Position numbers and translations under genes: made by a program. The notes under the pieces were generated by a model, which did not search any database, was not told where the DNA came from, and saw only the letters and a program-made list of their open reading frames with translations. Shown piece after piece: positions 30,426-40,855 of a DNA stretch of 64,000 nucleotides (the stretch's first letter is position 1; each line of letters starts with the position of its first letter). The DNA lies in NCBI GenBank assembly GCA_035266305.1, contig DATFNQ010000132.1, forward strand, positions 13,753 through 77,752, read 5' to 3'. This stretch comes from Methylovirgula sp. Its GTDB lineage: Bacteria; Pseudomonadota; Alphaproteobacteria; Rhizobiales; Beijerinckiaceae.

Positions 30426-32558
30426 ATGTATTCCATTTGGTTTGTGATCATCGCGGGGCTTCTCGCCGTCGCCTATGGAGTCATGACGGCGCGGGAGCTT
30501 CTCAAGGCCGATCCGGGCTCGGCCCGCATGCAGGAGATTGCCGCCGCGATTGCCGAGGGCGCCCAGGCCTATCTGAAGCGGCAATATTCGACCATCGCGA
30601 TCGTCGGCGCGGTCATCTTCGTCATCCTCGGCCTGCTTCTCTCCTGGACCGTCGCCATCGGCTTCCTCATCGGCGCGGTTCTTTCAGGCTCAGCCGGCTT
30701 CATCGGGATGAATGTCTCGGTCCGCGCCAATGTGCGCACCGCCCAGGCCGCCGCCAAATCGCTGGGCGCCGGCCTCGATATTTCCTTCAAGGCCGGCGCG
30801 ATCACCGGCATGCTGGTCGCCGGCCTCGCGCTTCTCGGCGTCTCCGTCTATTACGCGATCCTCACCGGCCCCTTGGGCCATGCGCAGAACAGCCGCGAGG
30901 TCGTCGATGCTTTGGTGGCGCTCGGCTTCGGCGCTTCGCTGATTTCGATCTTCGCCCGTCTCGGCGGCGGGATTTTCACCAAGGGCGCGGATGTCGGCGC
31001 TGATCTCGTCGGGAAAGTGGAGGCCGGAATTCCGGAAGACGATCCGCGCAATCCGGCGACCATCGCCGACAATGTCGGCGACAACGTCGGCGATTGCGCC
31101 GGCATGGCGGCGGATCTCTTCGAAACTTACGTGGTGAGCGTCGTCGCAACCATGGTGCTCGCCGCGATCTTCTTCTCCGGCCAGGCGGTTCTCTCTTCCG
31201 CCATGCTTTATCCGCTGGCGATCTGTGCCGCCTGCATCGTGACCTCGATCGCCGGCACGTTGTTCGTCAAGCTCGGTCCGACCAATTCGATCATGGGTGC
31301 CCTCTACAAAGGCCTGATCGCGACCGGCGTGTTGTCGATCGCGGGGCTCGCGATCGCAACCCAATTCGTGGTCGGCTGGGGCACGATCGGCACGGTTAAC
31401 GGCGTTGCCGTCATGGGCACGCATCTCTTCGTCTGCGGCCTCGTCGGCCTCGTTGTGACCGGCCTCATCGTCATCATCACCGAATATTACACCGGCACGG
31501 GCAAGCGCCCGGTCATCTCGATTGCCCAGGCCTCTGTGACTGGGCATGGCACGAACGTCATCCAAGGCCTTGCGGTGTCGCTCGAAGCGACCGCCCTGCC
31601 GGCGCTCGTCATCATCGCGGGAATCATCACCGCGTCGCAACTTGCCGGCCTGTTCGGCATCGCGATCGCGGTGACGACCATGCTGGGCCTCGCCGGAATG
31701 ATCGTGGCGCTCGATGCCTTCGGCCCGGTCACCGACAATGCCGGCGGGATCGCTGAAATGGCGGGCCTGCCGAAGGAGGTCAGGCATTCGACCGATGCGC
31801 TGGACGCGGTGGGCAACACGACCAAGGCGGTGACGAAAGGCTATGCGATCGGCTCGGCCGGCCTCGGCGCGCTCGTCTTGTTCGCCGCCTACACGAATGA
31901 CATCAAGCATTTCGTCGATACCGGCGTTCCCTATTTCAAGGACGTCGGCGTGGTGAATTTCGAACTCTCGAACCCTTATGTCGTCGCCGGCCTCATCTTC
32001 GGCGGCATCATTCCCTATCTCTTCGGCGGCATCGCGATGACCGCGGTCGGGCGCGCGGCGGGTTCCGTCGTCGAGGAAGTCCGCCGCCAGTTCCGCGACA
32101 AGCCCGGCATCATGGCGGGTACCGAGCGGCCGGATTACGGCCGCGCCGTGGACATGCTGACGAAGGCGGCGATCAGGGAAATGATCGTCCCTTCGCTGCT
32201 GCCCGTTTGCGCGCCGCTCATCGTCTATTTCGGCGTGCTCTTCATCTCCGGCTCCAAGGCTTCGGCCTTTGCCGCGCTAGGCGCCTCGCTGCTCGGCGTG
32301 ATCGTCAATGGACTTTTCGTGGCGGTCTCGATGACCTCGGGTGGCGGCGCCTGGGACAATGCCAAGAAGAGCTTCGAGGATGGGTTCGTCGACAAAAATG
32401 GCGTCAAGCATTTCAAGGGCGGCGAGGCTCACAAAGCCTCGATCACCGGCGATACGGTCGGCGATCCCTACAAGGATACGGCAGGTCCGGCGGTCAATCC
32501 GGCGATCAAGATCACCAATATCGTCGCGCTCCTCCTGCTGGCGATCCTGGCGCACTGA
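30426..32558 (+). CDS. hppA: Membrane H+-translocating pyrophosphatase, K+-independent type
   Basis: [35 protein letters not shown] (Lys at the K+-determinant position). Confidence 0.95.
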   Translation: MYSIWFVIIAGLLAVAYGVMTARELLKADPGSARMQEIAAAIAEGAQAYLKRQYSTIAIVGAVIFVILGLLLSWTVAIGFLIGAVLSGSAGFIGMNVSVRANVRTAQAAAKSLGAGLDISFKAGAITGMLVAGLALLGVSVYYAILTGPLGHAQNSREVVDALVALGFGASLISIFARLGGGIFTKGADVGADLVGKVEAGIPEDDPRNPATIADNVGDNVGDCAGMAADLFETYVVSVVATMVLAAIFFSGQAVLSSAMLYPLAICAACIVTSIAGTLFVKLGPTNSIMGALYKGLIATGVLSIAGLAIATQFVVGWGTIGTVNGVAVMGTHLFVCGLVGLVVTGLIVIITEYYTGTGKRPVISIAQASVTGHGTNVIQGLAVSLEATALPALVIIAGIITASQLAGLFGIAIAVTTMLGLAGMIVALDAFGPVTDNAGGIAEMAGLPKEVRHSTDALDAVGNTTKAVTKGYAIGSAGLGALVLFAAYTNDIKHFVDTGVPYFKDVGVVNFELSNPYVVAGLIFGGIIPYLFGGIAMTAVGRAAGSVVEEVRRQFRDKPGIMAGTERPDYGRAVDMLTKAAIREMIVPSLLPVCAPLIVYFGVLFISGSKASAFAALGASLLGVIVNGLFVAVSMTSGGGAWDNAKKSFEDGFVDKNGVKHFKGGEAHKASITGDTVGDPYKDTAGPAVNPAIKITNIVALLLLAILAH

Positions 32559-32574
32559 GCATTCAGCTGATCAA

Positions 32575-32608
32575 AAAGAAACGGCCGGAGTGATCCGGCC
32601 ATTTCTTC
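32575..32608. terminator. Bidirectional terminator between hppA and bamE
   Basis: AAGAAACGGCCGGA-GTGA-TCCGGCCATTTCTT. Confidence 0.7.
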
Positions 32609-32620
32609 TGAGCGGCAGCC

Positions 32621-32721
32621 GGCATTGCGAGCCAAGCGACGTGCGAACCCTCTCCCCTTGTGGGAGAAGGAACGCGCATTCACATTCCGGGTTGCCTCGT
32701 CGCTCCGCGCCTCGCAACAAC
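32621..32721. repeat. Degenerate GTCATTGCGAG...CTCGCAATGAC-type repeat with nested CCCTCTCCC/GGGAGAAGG unit
   Basis: Resembles 54891-54965; nested unit at 32648-32670 matches the 2033 family. Confidence 0.6.
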
Positions 32722-32740
32722 GTCATGATCACTGAGGGTC

Positions 32741-33202
32741 TCAGCTGAACCTCAGCAGGCTCCTGAACAAGCCCGTCAGAAAGGTCGACTCGGCTCCGCC
32801 GGTCGGCGTCGTGCGGGAGACGAAATCGAATACCTTTCCGTCCTTAAGGCCATAATTAGCGATCCGCTCGACCCTCTTCTGCTTGTCGAAATAGATCGCC
32901 AGGACGCGCTGATCGACGAGTTGCGGATCTGTGAATTGGACGGTGCGATTGGTCTTCTGGGTAATGTAATACCAGGCGTCGCCGCCGACGGTCGACGTCG
33001 TCGAAGGCGTGCCCATGACGATGAGCGCCTGTTCGGCGGAAGAGCCGACCTTCACCTGGTCGAGCAATTTCGGATCGAGCTGATAGCCGTGGACGACTTC
33101 GCCTTCGTAGCCGAGGCAGCCGGCAAGGCCGAGCGCGAGAAAAGCGGCCAACCCGAGCCTCGCCACAAATCCTGTCGTCTTCCTGTCGGGCTTGTGCGCC
33201 AC
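32741..33202 (-). CDS. bamE: Outer membrane assembly lipoprotein BamE/OmlA
   Basis: Lipobox LAGC; MGTPST...WYYI. Confidence 0.9.
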   Translation of the reverse strand: MAHKPDRKTTGFVARLGLAAFLALGLAGCLGYEGEVVHGYQLDPKLLDQVKVGSSAEQALIVMGTPSTTSTVGGDAWYYITQKTNRTVQFTDPQLVDQRVLAIYFDKQKRVERIANYGLKDGKVFDFVSRTTPTGGAESTFLTGLFRSLLRFS

Positions 33203-33387
33203 GCTGCTTCGCTCTCGAGTTCGGCCGTGCTGTCAGATCGCATTCATCGAACTACGGCCCGAGTTGCAAATCCAGGCAAGAATGACAAGATTTGCTTGCA
33301 TCGGAGCCGGGCGATGCCTAACCCCCGCAGTTGCGAAAATCAAGCTCGCAGCGTCTGCCGCGATCACAAGCATAAATTCCAAGAGTC

Positions 33388-33915
33388 ATGATTTTTGGGC
33401 TTTTCCGGGGCACAGCCAACCGCCGGCTGATCGACAGGCTGCACGGCGAGATCGTGGCGGCGGCGCGCGACCCGGCTTTGTTCACTGAGTATGGAATAGC
33501 CGATGACATCGACGGCCGCTTCGAATCCCTCGCCTTGCATGCGGCGCTCGTCCTGAGACGGCTCTCCGTTCTTCCTCCGCCCGGGCCGGAGATCGCCCAG
33601 GACCTTGCCGATGCCGTGTTCCGGCATTTCGATGTCGCGTTTCGCGAGATGGGCATGGGCGATATGAGCGTGCCGAAGCGGATGAAAACGCTGGCCGAGG
33701 CCTTTCTCGGCCGCGCCACCGCCTACCATCAGGCCTTGGGCGAGGGCCATCTTGCGCTGTGCGCCGCCTTGTCGCGGAACGTCTATGCCGGCCGGCGAGA
33801 GGCCGATCGCCTTGCTCGCTATGTCGAGGCCCTCGATGCAGCCATCGCCGATGTGACCCTCGCGGAGCTCGTCGAAAGGCCTATATTCCGCCGCAAGGCC
33901 GCCGCGATAGGTTGA
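33388..33915 (+). CDS. Ubiquinol-cytochrome c chaperone (Cbp3-like)
   Basis: DGRFESLALH, REMGMGDMSVPKRMK; divergent from bamE. Confidence 0.85.
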   Translation: MIFGLFRGTANRRLIDRLHGEIVAAARDPALFTEYGIADDIDGRFESLALHAALVLRRLSVLPPPGPEIAQDLADAVFRHFDVAFREMGMGDMSVPKRMKTLAEAFLGRATAYHQALGEGHLALCAALSRNVYAGRREADRLARYVEALDAAIADVTLAELVERPIFRRKAAAIG

Positions 33916-33927
33916 GGAGGTGAAACG

Positions 33928-34491
33928 ATGCCGCAGAGCCGGACCATCAATCCGCAGCCGACGGGCAAGATTTTCTCTTATCCGGTCAACGTCGATGAAG
34001 TGCCTGAGCAAGGGCTCGATCTCACGATCAGCGCCGATCCTCCCACGCGCCAGGCACTCGCGTTGGCCGACGGCCTCGCCGGGATCGCCAGCCTCGCAGC
34101 CGATTTTCATATCGCGCGGCAGGGGATCGCTCAGTTCAACGTCAGCGGGAGCGTGCGCGCAAGCGTCACGCAGGTCTGCGTCTTGAGCCTTCAGCCCTTC
34201 GATACCGACGTCGTCGAGGAGGTCGATGTCGATTTCGCGCCGCCTGCGGCAGCGGCGCTCGCCGCGGCGCGCGCTGGCACGATGCTTGGCGGCCCGGGAG
34301 CGTCCGGGCGTGACCCGCCGGATCCGATCGTCGATGGAATGATCGACGTTGGCGCGCTCGCCGCCGAATTTCTCGCCCTCGGCCTCGATCCTTATCCAAA
34401 AAAGCCGGGCGTGGAATTCGTGCCGATGACCGTGCCTGAGGAAAAGGGCGGGCCGTTCGACGTCCTGAAAAAGCTTACCGACCCGTCTTGA
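33928..34491 (+). CDS. DUF177/YceD family protein
   Basis: QVCVLSLQP, EFLALGLDPYPKKPG, PFDVLKKL; upstream of plsX. Confidence 0.88.
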   Translation: MPQSRTINPQPTGKIFSYPVNVDEVPEQGLDLTISADPPTRQALALADGLAGIASLAADFHIARQGIAQFNVSGSVRASVTQVCVLSLQPFDTDVVEEVDVDFAPPAAAALAAARAGTMLGGPGASGRDPPDPIVDGMIDVGALAAEFLALGLDPYPKKPGVEFVPMTVPEEKGGPFDVLKKLTDPS

Positions 34492-34644
34492 GCTTTTGGC
34501 GGTGGCGCTCGAGAGACCATCCGCCGGCGCTTGCGGTCGGGCGCGCTTTGCCTTAGCGGATCATACCGCAGGCGCCTGCCTGCTCCGCTTATGCACGGAC
34601 CGTATCGGCGGCGTGCCGGAGGCGAACGAAGTCGCGGGAGCGGC

Positions 34645-35697
34645 ATGCAAAGGCCAGTGCGGATCGCGATCGATGCCATGGGGGGAGATCACGGTCCCGA
34701 GGTGATCGTGCCCGGCGCCGGCTTGGCGCACGCCCGCCATCCCGATATGGCATTCATCTTCTTCGGAGACCAAGCGAGATTAACACCGCTGGTTGCGAAC
34801 GATCCCGGTCTCGCCGCGGTTTCCAGCGTGCGCCACGCGCGCGTCGCGGTGCGGATGGAGGATAAGCCGAGCCAGGCCTTGCGGGCCGGGCGCCGGGCTT
34901 CCTCCATGTGGCTGGCGCTCGAAGCGGTGAAGAAGGGCGAAGCCGATGCCGCCTTTTCCGCCGGAAATACCGGCGCGCTGATGGCCATGGCGAAGATCTG
35001 CCTGCACATGATCCCCCATATCGACCGGCCGGCGATCGCCGTGCTCTGGCCGACTCTGCGCGGCGAATCCGTCGTGCTCGACGTCGGCGCGACGATCGGC
35101 GCCGATGCCCAACATCTCGTCGATCTCGCCATCATGGGATCGGCGATGGCGCGGATCGTCTTCGCCCTCGACCGCCCGACGGTCGGCTTGCTCAACGTCG
35201 GCACCGAAGAGATCAAGGGCATCGAGGAGGTGAAGGGGGCCTCGCGAATGCTGCGCCAGGCGGCTTTGCCGAATCTCGATTATCGCGGCTTCGTCGAAGG
35301 CGATGATATCGGCAAAGGCACGGTCGACGTGGTCGTGACCGAAGGCTTCGCCGGCAATATCGCGCTGAAGACGGCGGAAGGAACGGCTAAGCAGATCAGC
35401 GCCTATCTGCACCAGGCGCTGCGCAGCAGTCTCACCTCGAAGCTCGGTTATTTTCTGGCGCGGAACGCGTTTGAGGCGCTCTCGATCAAAATGGATCCGC
35501 GTCGCGTCAACGGCGGCATCTTCTTGGGCCTCGACGGGGTGGTGATCAAGAGCCATGGCGGATCGGATGCGATCGGTACCGCGCGCGCGCTGGAGATCGG
35601 CTACGAGATGGTGCGCGACGAGCTTTTGAGCAAGATCAGGGAATCGCTGTCCGGGAGGGCCGAACCTCTCGCCGTCTCGCCAGCCTCTTCGCGGTGA
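34645..35697 (+). CDS. plsX: Phosphate acyltransferase PlsX
   Basis: [26 protein letters not shown]. Confidence 0.96.
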   Translation: MQRPVRIAIDAMGGDHGPEVIVPGAGLAHARHPDMAFIFFGDQARLTPLVANDPGLAAVSSVRHARVAVRMEDKPSQALRAGRRASSMWLALEAVKKGEADAAFSAGNTGALMAMAKICLHMIPHIDRPAIAVLWPTLRGESVVLDVGATIGADAQHLVDLAIMGSAMARIVFALDRPTVGLLNVGTEEIKGIEEVKGASRMLRQAALPNLDYRGFVEGDDIGKGTVDVVVTEGFAGNIALKTAEGTAKQISAYLHQALRSSLTSKLGYFLARNAFEALSIKMDPRRVNGGIFLGLDGVVIKSHGGSDAIGTARALEIGYEMVRDELLSKIRESLSGRAEPLAVSPASSR

Positions 35698-35893
35698 TGA
35701 GCGCTGCACCAGAGCAAGTCTCAACCGGGCGTGGATTGCGCGCGCAGGCTGGTCTTCGTTCAGCAAAGCAAGTTTCAGGCTTCTGCGGTACCGCGAAATT
35801 TAGGCTTTGATCGAGAAGCTGCGAGACTTTCTGGATTAAAATACAAACAGGACCAGGTGTAAAAAGCCCACCTCAACTGCACTGGAACCCCGC

Positions 35894-36886
35894 GTGACCC
35901 AACCGCAATGCGCCAAACTTCGCTCCGTCATCGTGGGGCTCGGCGCCTGTCTTCCGAAGCGCATCGTAAGCAATGCGGATCTCGAAAAATCCCTCGACAC
36001 GACGGACGAATGGATCGTTCAACGCACCGGCATAAGGCAACGCCACATCGCCGGCGACGAGGAGCGCACCTCGACTCTGGCGGTTGAAGCGGCACGCGCC
36101 GCGCTCGGCGACGCGGGGCTCACCGGCGCCGACATCGATCTCGTGATCGTCGCCACCACGACGCCCGACTACACGTTTCCCTCGGTTGCGACGCAGGTCC
36201 AGGCCGAGCTGGGCATCACCGCTGGCGCAGCCTTCGATCTTCAAGCGGTCTGTTCCGGGTTCGTCTTCGCGCTCGCGACGGCGGACAAATTCCTGACCTC
36301 CGGATCGCACAAGCGGGCGCTCGTCATCGGCGCCGACACCTTGTCGCGAATTCTCGATTGGCGGGATCGCGCCACCTGCGTCCTGTTCGGCGACGGCGCC
36401 GGTGCCGTCGTTCTGGAAGCGCAGGAGAGCGAGGGGACCAACGCCGATCGCGGCGTTCTTACCGCGCACCTGCGCGCCGACGGGCGCTACCGCGACAAGC
36501 TCTATGTCGACGGCGGGCCATCCTCGACGATGACGAGCGGACATGTGCGGATGCAAGGGCGGGAAGTGTTCCGCCTGGCCGTCACCATGATCAGCGATGT
36601 CGTCGAGGCGGCTTTCGCGGCAACCGGCACGAGGCCCGAAGATCTCGACTGGTTCGTGCCGCACCAGGCCAATAGCCGGATCATCGATGCTTCAGCCGAG
36701 AAGCTCGGGATAGATCCACAAAAAGTGGTCAAGACCGTCGATCTCCACGGCAATACTTCCGCCGCTTCCATTCCGCTCGCGCTGAGCGTCGCCCGGGACG
36801 ACGGCCGGATCCGCAAGGGGGATCTCGTGATGATCGAAGCCATGGGCGGCGGCTTCACCTGGGGGGCGGCTCTCATCCGGTGGTAA
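35894..36886 (+). CDS. fabH: 3-oxoacyl-ACP synthase III
   Basis: [27 protein letters not shown]. Confidence 0.96.
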   Translation: MTQPQCAKLRSVIVGLGACLPKRIVSNADLEKSLDTTDEWIVQRTGIRQRHIAGDEERTSTLAVEAARAALGDAGLTGADIDLVIVATTTPDYTFPSVATQVQAELGITAGAAFDLQAVCSGFVFALATADKFLTSGSHKRALVIGADTLSRILDWRDRATCVLFGDGAGAVVLEAQESEGTNADRGVLTAHLRADGRYRDKLYVDGGPSSTMTSGHVRMQGREVFRLAVTMISDVVEAAFAATGTRPEDLDWFVPHQANSRIIDASAEKLGIDPQKVVKTVDLHGNTSAASIPLALSVARDDGRIRKGDLVMIEAMGGGFTWGAALIRW

Positions 36887-37165
36887 CTGCGGCTCCATTG
36901 CAACAGGCGGCAGGATTCATCGCCGCATGACGGTTTTTCGTCAGGACTGTGTAAAGCAGGGGCTAAGGTCTATTGCCTTAAGGCTTTTTTTGTACCAAAC
37001 TTTGCGACAATGAAATTTTTCTCGCGACGCTAGAGATCTGGGGAGGATCGCGAGGCCCGTCGATCTATCGTGCAGCGCAAAACAGGGGGTCGCGTTTGCG
37101 ATTCACCTTTGCTCGGTGCGAATCCGGGAGAATCATCGCGTTTAAAGAAAATAATCGAGTTCAAA

Positions 37166-37555
37166 ATGGTGAAAAGTGAGTTGTCGGCGACGAGTCATAT
37201 ACCGGGGCCGGCGCCGAGCGGTCCCATAACTGCCAAGCCGCGGGGCCTTCGCACGGTCACGCGGGTCAACCTTGCCGAAGCGGTCTACCAGCAGGTCGGC
37301 CTGTCGAGAAAGGAATCGGCGGCGCTCGTCGAAATGGTTCTGGAAGAAATGACCAAGCGGCTGATCGCCGGAGAGTCGGTGCGGCTGTCCTCCTTTGGGT
37401 CGTTTAACGTTCGCCATAAGGGCCAGCGAGTCGGCCGCAACCCCAAGACCGGGGTGGAAGTGCCGATCAAGGAACGCCGGGTTCTCGTGTTCAAGTCGTC
37501 GAACCTGCTGAAGGCTCGGATCAACGGTCAGGCCGGCGGCCGCAACGGCGACTGA
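37166..37555 (+). CDS. ihfA: Integration host factor alpha
   Basis: LSSFGSF...GRNPKTG; fabH-ihfA-MerR synteny. Confidence 0.93.
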   Translation: MVKSELSATSHIPGPAPSGPITAKPRGLRTVTRVNLAEAVYQQVGLSRKESAALVEMVLEEMTKRLIAGESVRLSSFGSFNVRHKGQRVGRNPKTGVEVPIKERRVLVFKSSNLLKARINGQAGGRNGD

Positions 37556-37611
37556 TCTGTCCTCGTTTCACCGTGCGGGCTCGACGCTTGTCGCGCGCGG
37601 GCGGGCGCCAA

Positions 37612-37825
37612 GGCATGATGCGACGACGGCGCGATCGGCAATCGCCCGAGTGATCGTGCGGATCAAGGCGACCCCTTGGATCTTTGTCAGGCGACGCGAT
37701 TGCGCCGCGGCGGGCGGCTCGACCCGGGGCATGATCCGCGAGTGCCAACCGGTTCGCGAAATGATCGTGCGATAACAAAGGAATTGAACGCAGGATCAAT
37801 TCCATCCCGGAGGATCCTGATCTAA
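37612..37825. repeat. Cluster of degenerate RIME/REP-like palindromes (GCATGAT...ATCGTGC x2, CAGGATC...GATCCTG)
   Basis: Units near 37612-37660, 37729-37780 and 37790-37822 resemble rhizobial intergenic mosaic elements. Confidence 0.5.
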
Positions 37826-37886
37826 GATTCGATCGGTTGGGCTCGTATGCTCTCGAACCGATAGAACCGAGGCGCTCAGGAAACCC

Positions 37887-38378
37887 ATGGAAAAGACTGC
37901 CGACGCATTCAGGACCATCAGCGAGGTCGCCCAGGATCTCGATCTGCCGCAGCACGTGCTGCGCTTCTGGGAAACGCGATTCGTCCAAATCAAGCCGTTG
38001 AAGCGGGGCGGCGGCCGCCGCTACTACCGGCGCGAAGACATCGATCTCCTGCGCGCCATCCGTCAGCTTCTTTACGGCGAAGGCTATACGATTAAAGGCG
38101 TCCAGAAGATTCTGAAAGAGCAGGGGGCGCGCGGCGTCATCGCGGCCTGGCGTCGGGAGGCGGCCGACGCGCCAACAGCGGCCGCGCCGCTCTACGATAT
38201 GCTGCGGGGCGGCCATGCGGCAGCCGAGGCCGGATCGCAGGGCCATTCGGGCAAGGCTCGAGACGAGATCGGGCAGGGGGGCGAGGCGCTCGGTCCTGCC
38301 GAATACCAGGTCCTTGAAAAGCTTCTGACCGAGCTCGGCGAATGCGAAAGGCTGCTCGGCGCGGCGCGGGCGAGCTGA
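37887..38378 (+). CDS. MerR-family regulator (ihfA-associated)
   Basis: FRTISEVA...[22 protein letters not shown]. Confidence 0.92.
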   Translation: MEKTADAFRTISEVAQDLDLPQHVLRFWETRFVQIKPLKRGGGRRYYRREDIDLLRAIRQLLYGEGYTIKGVQKILKEQGARGVIAAWRREAADAPTAAAPLYDMLRGGHAAAEAGSQGHSGKARDEIGQGGEALGPAEYQVLEKLLTELGECERLLGAARAS

Positions 38379-38448
38379 AATCAGCAATTTAGCTCTCGGT
38401 CCCGCCGCGTTGCGGGGGCGGGCGCCTTTCTCTATAAGAACCCGCTGT

Positions 38449-38526
38449 CGGAGTGTAGCGCAGCCCGGTTAGCGCACTAGTCTGGGGGACTAGGGGTCGT
38501 GGGTTCGAATCCCGCCACTCCGACCA
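38449..38526 (+). tRNA. tRNA-Pro(GGG)
   Basis: Acceptor stem CGGAGTG/CACTCCG, anticodon arm CTAGT-CT-GGG-GG-ACTAG, GGTTCGAATCC T-arm, encoded CCA. Confidence 0.96.
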
Positions 38527-38600
38527 AAAAGAATAACAAGTTCAAAGACATATTCTAACACTAGACTTGGGGTTTTAGAGCTTCGGCAATTTGGGTTCAC

Positions 38601-38860
38601 GTGACGCCAGAATCTCCGACCATCGCGCACTTGAAAGGCCACGGCCTCGTGGGCCTCTTCGTCATGCACGAATGCGGGCTGCCTTCACTCCGCGCCCTTC
38701 ACTTTCGCGGCGCTCGACCTGCCCGATGATCTGCGGTTCCGGGTAGTCGCACGACGCGATTCATATGCACGCAATGCGGCGCAAGGGCTGTGAACGTCAT
38801 GCCGGACTGGCGTGCGCATCGTGCTGTCGGGATGGGACGTTATGCCGAACGAGCGTTGCG
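38601..38860 (+). pseudogene. Frameshifted small Zn-ribbon-like protein of mobile/phage type
   Basis: Stitched reading VTPESPTIAHLKGHGLVGLFV/CTNAGCLHS...LPDD/FICTQCGARAVNVMPDW needs two frameshifts. Confidence 0.55.
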
Positions 38861-39128
38861 GGCCCGGCGAACGATTGCGAATCGGCGCGAGATTGCGACG
38901 GTGTTGCGCGCCATGAAAGCCTTGGCGAGAGTTGACGAGTGGGGTCATGAGCGGAAATCAAACTGAGATGTGCGCGCGTCCGCATCGCGTCATCCTCCGC
39001 GCGTGGCATAAGCGACGATGACCGGGAAGCGGCTTGAGACAGGAGGGGCTGATGATCAGTGACAACGACTACCATTCATGTGGGTTTCGGTGTTAAACGT
39101 GACATATGAGAAAATTCAGGATTTGGCT

Positions 39129-39479
39129 ATGCGGACTGCGTCAATAGGGTTGGTTGTTTTTTGGATGGCTGTTTGCTCAGCCTGGGGCCAAGAAGGTAAT
39201 ACGGCAGAGGATGTGCGCAAAGGCCACGAGTTGGCGGCCACGGTATGCGCAATTTGTCATGTAGCGGCGCCCGACCAGCCTTTCATACCCACTTTGAACC
39301 CACCGGCGCCGTCATTTGAATCAATAGCGCAACGCACGGATATCAATGCGGATTCTCTACAACACTTTATAAGCACAACGCATAGGGGTTTGGATAACCC
39401 AAACGGTATGCCGTATCCTTACTTGACTGATTCTCAAGTGAAGGACGTGGCCGCTTATCTTCTGAGCCTGCGTAAATAA
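39129..39479 (+). CDS. Periplasmic monoheme c-type cytochrome
   Basis: Signal peptide, CAICH heme motif, distal GMP; GC visibly lower than flanks. Confidence 0.88.
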   Translation: MRTASIGLVVFWMAVCSAWGQEGNTAEDVRKGHELAATVCAICHVAAPDQPFIPTLNPPAPSFESIAQRTDINADSLQHFISTTHRGLDNPNGMPYPYLTDSQVKDVAAYLLSLRK

Positions 39480-39513
39480 GGCGTAGGCATCGGATCAACC
39501 GCATCAGGCCGTG

Positions 39514-39702
39514 TTACGCGCAGCGCCGCAGCGCGCGCAGACCGTGCTTGAACACGATGGCCTCCGAACCGTCGTCGGTTTGCAGACGGATGCTGTAGAG
39601 GCCGAACGCGCTCGGCCTGCCGCGAAGGCTTGCGCCATCGAGAAATTCAACGTCGAGGATGGCGCCATCGCGGATCGCGGCCAATAAATATCCGCTCGGC
39701 AA
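39514..39702 (-). CDS. Divergent Hfq/Sm-like domain (probably the frameshifted C-terminus of a longer Pro-rich ORF)
   Basis: YLLAAIRDGAILDVEFLDGASLRGRPSAFGLYSIRL...IVFKHG aligns by eye to Hfq Sm1 (L.NG..L.G.I..FD) and Sm2 (Y/FKHA). Confidence 0.7.
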   Translation of the reverse strand: MPSGYLLAAIRDGAILDVEFLDGASLRGRPSAFGLYSIRLQTDDGSEAIVFKHGLRALRRCA

Positions 39703-40029
39703 GATCGAGCTGAAAGGGCTGCTTCGCGTTCGGCCGCGCGGTCGGCGCCGGCGCAGGGCTCGGCAGGGCGGTGCGGGGGTACCTTCGGCGGCGGCGGTTC
39801 ATCGTCGCCATGCGCCGCTACATCAACGCGTGGTCGGCGCGGCGGATAATGAAAACCGGGCGCGGGCGCGCTTGCGTTTTTCGGCGCGGCTGACGACAAT
39901 GCGGGCTTGGCCGCTTGTGCGCCATCTGTCGGGGCATCGGTGCGCGGCAGATGCAACGTCTCGCGCCGCGCGTTGCGTGCACCGCAGCCTTCGGCTAGAC
40001 AGCGCCTGCGCTGAATGGCAATTGCGCTC

Positions 40030-40702
40030 ATGTCGCTCGAAATCGGCTTTCTGGTCTTTCCGCGGGTCCAGCAGTTGGATCTCACCGGACCCTGTGAGGT
40101 GCTCGCCTCTCTGAAGGGCGCGAGCAACCATCTGGTCTGGAAGACGCTCGACCCGGTTGCCTCTTCGACCGGATTGCGGCTTTCGCCGACGGCGACTTTT
40201 GCGACCTGTCCGCCGCTCGATGTTCTGTGCATTGCGGGCGGCGTCGGCATCAACGTGCTCCTGGAGGATGGCGAGGTCATCGAATTCGTACGGCAGCAGG
40301 CGCAACGCGCGCGCTATATCACGTCCGTCTGCGCGGGCGCGCTCGCTTGGCGCCGCCGGCCTGCTGCGGGGCCGGCGGGCGACGACGCATTGGAACGCGC
40401 ATGACTTGCTCGCCCATTTCGGCGCGATCCCCACGAAGGGCCGCGTCGTGCGGGTCGGCAATCTCATCACCGCGGGCGGAGTGACGGCGGGGATCGATTT
40501 CGGCCTGGCGCTTGTCGCGGAACTCGCCGGACAAACGGAAGCCGAGACGATCCAGCTTGCGCTCGAATATGCGCCGGCGCCGCCCTTCGATTCCGGCACA
40601 CCGGAAACGGCCTCCGCAAACGTGCTGGCCGTGGCCAAAGCGCGCTTGGCGGCCTTGCGCCAGGCGCGGGAGGCGATCATCGCACGCATCGCCCCAGGCT
40701 GA
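40030..40702 (+). pseudogene. DJ-1/PfpI (isonitrile hydratase-like) gene with a frameshift near 40345
   Basis: LDLTGP.EV, ITSVC in one frame; LGAAGLLRGRRATTHW, TAGGVTAGIDF, EYAPAPPF in another. Confidence 0.85.
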
Positions 40703-40855
40703 CACGGAGATCCCGCTGGTGCCGCTTCTAATATGCGGTCAGCCGTGCTATGGGCGGCCGGCCTGCCAAGGCCCATCGCAGCCAGGCTCTTTGGCAGGCA
40801 AATTTTCCCGCGCTTACGCCGATTGGTATCGGCGAGTGAGCTGAAGGAGACGAAG

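Noticed and set aside
38614-38622. CTCCGACCA as an attR copy of the tRNA-Pro 3' end
   Set aside because: Only 9 bp, under 100 bp from the tRNA and inside a pseudogene frame; likely chance.
39705-39722. Programmed -1 frameshift joining the Pro-rich arm to the Hfq-like domain
   Set aside because: No in-frame X XXY YYZ slippery heptamer; neighbouring genes are also broken, so mutational decay is more likely.
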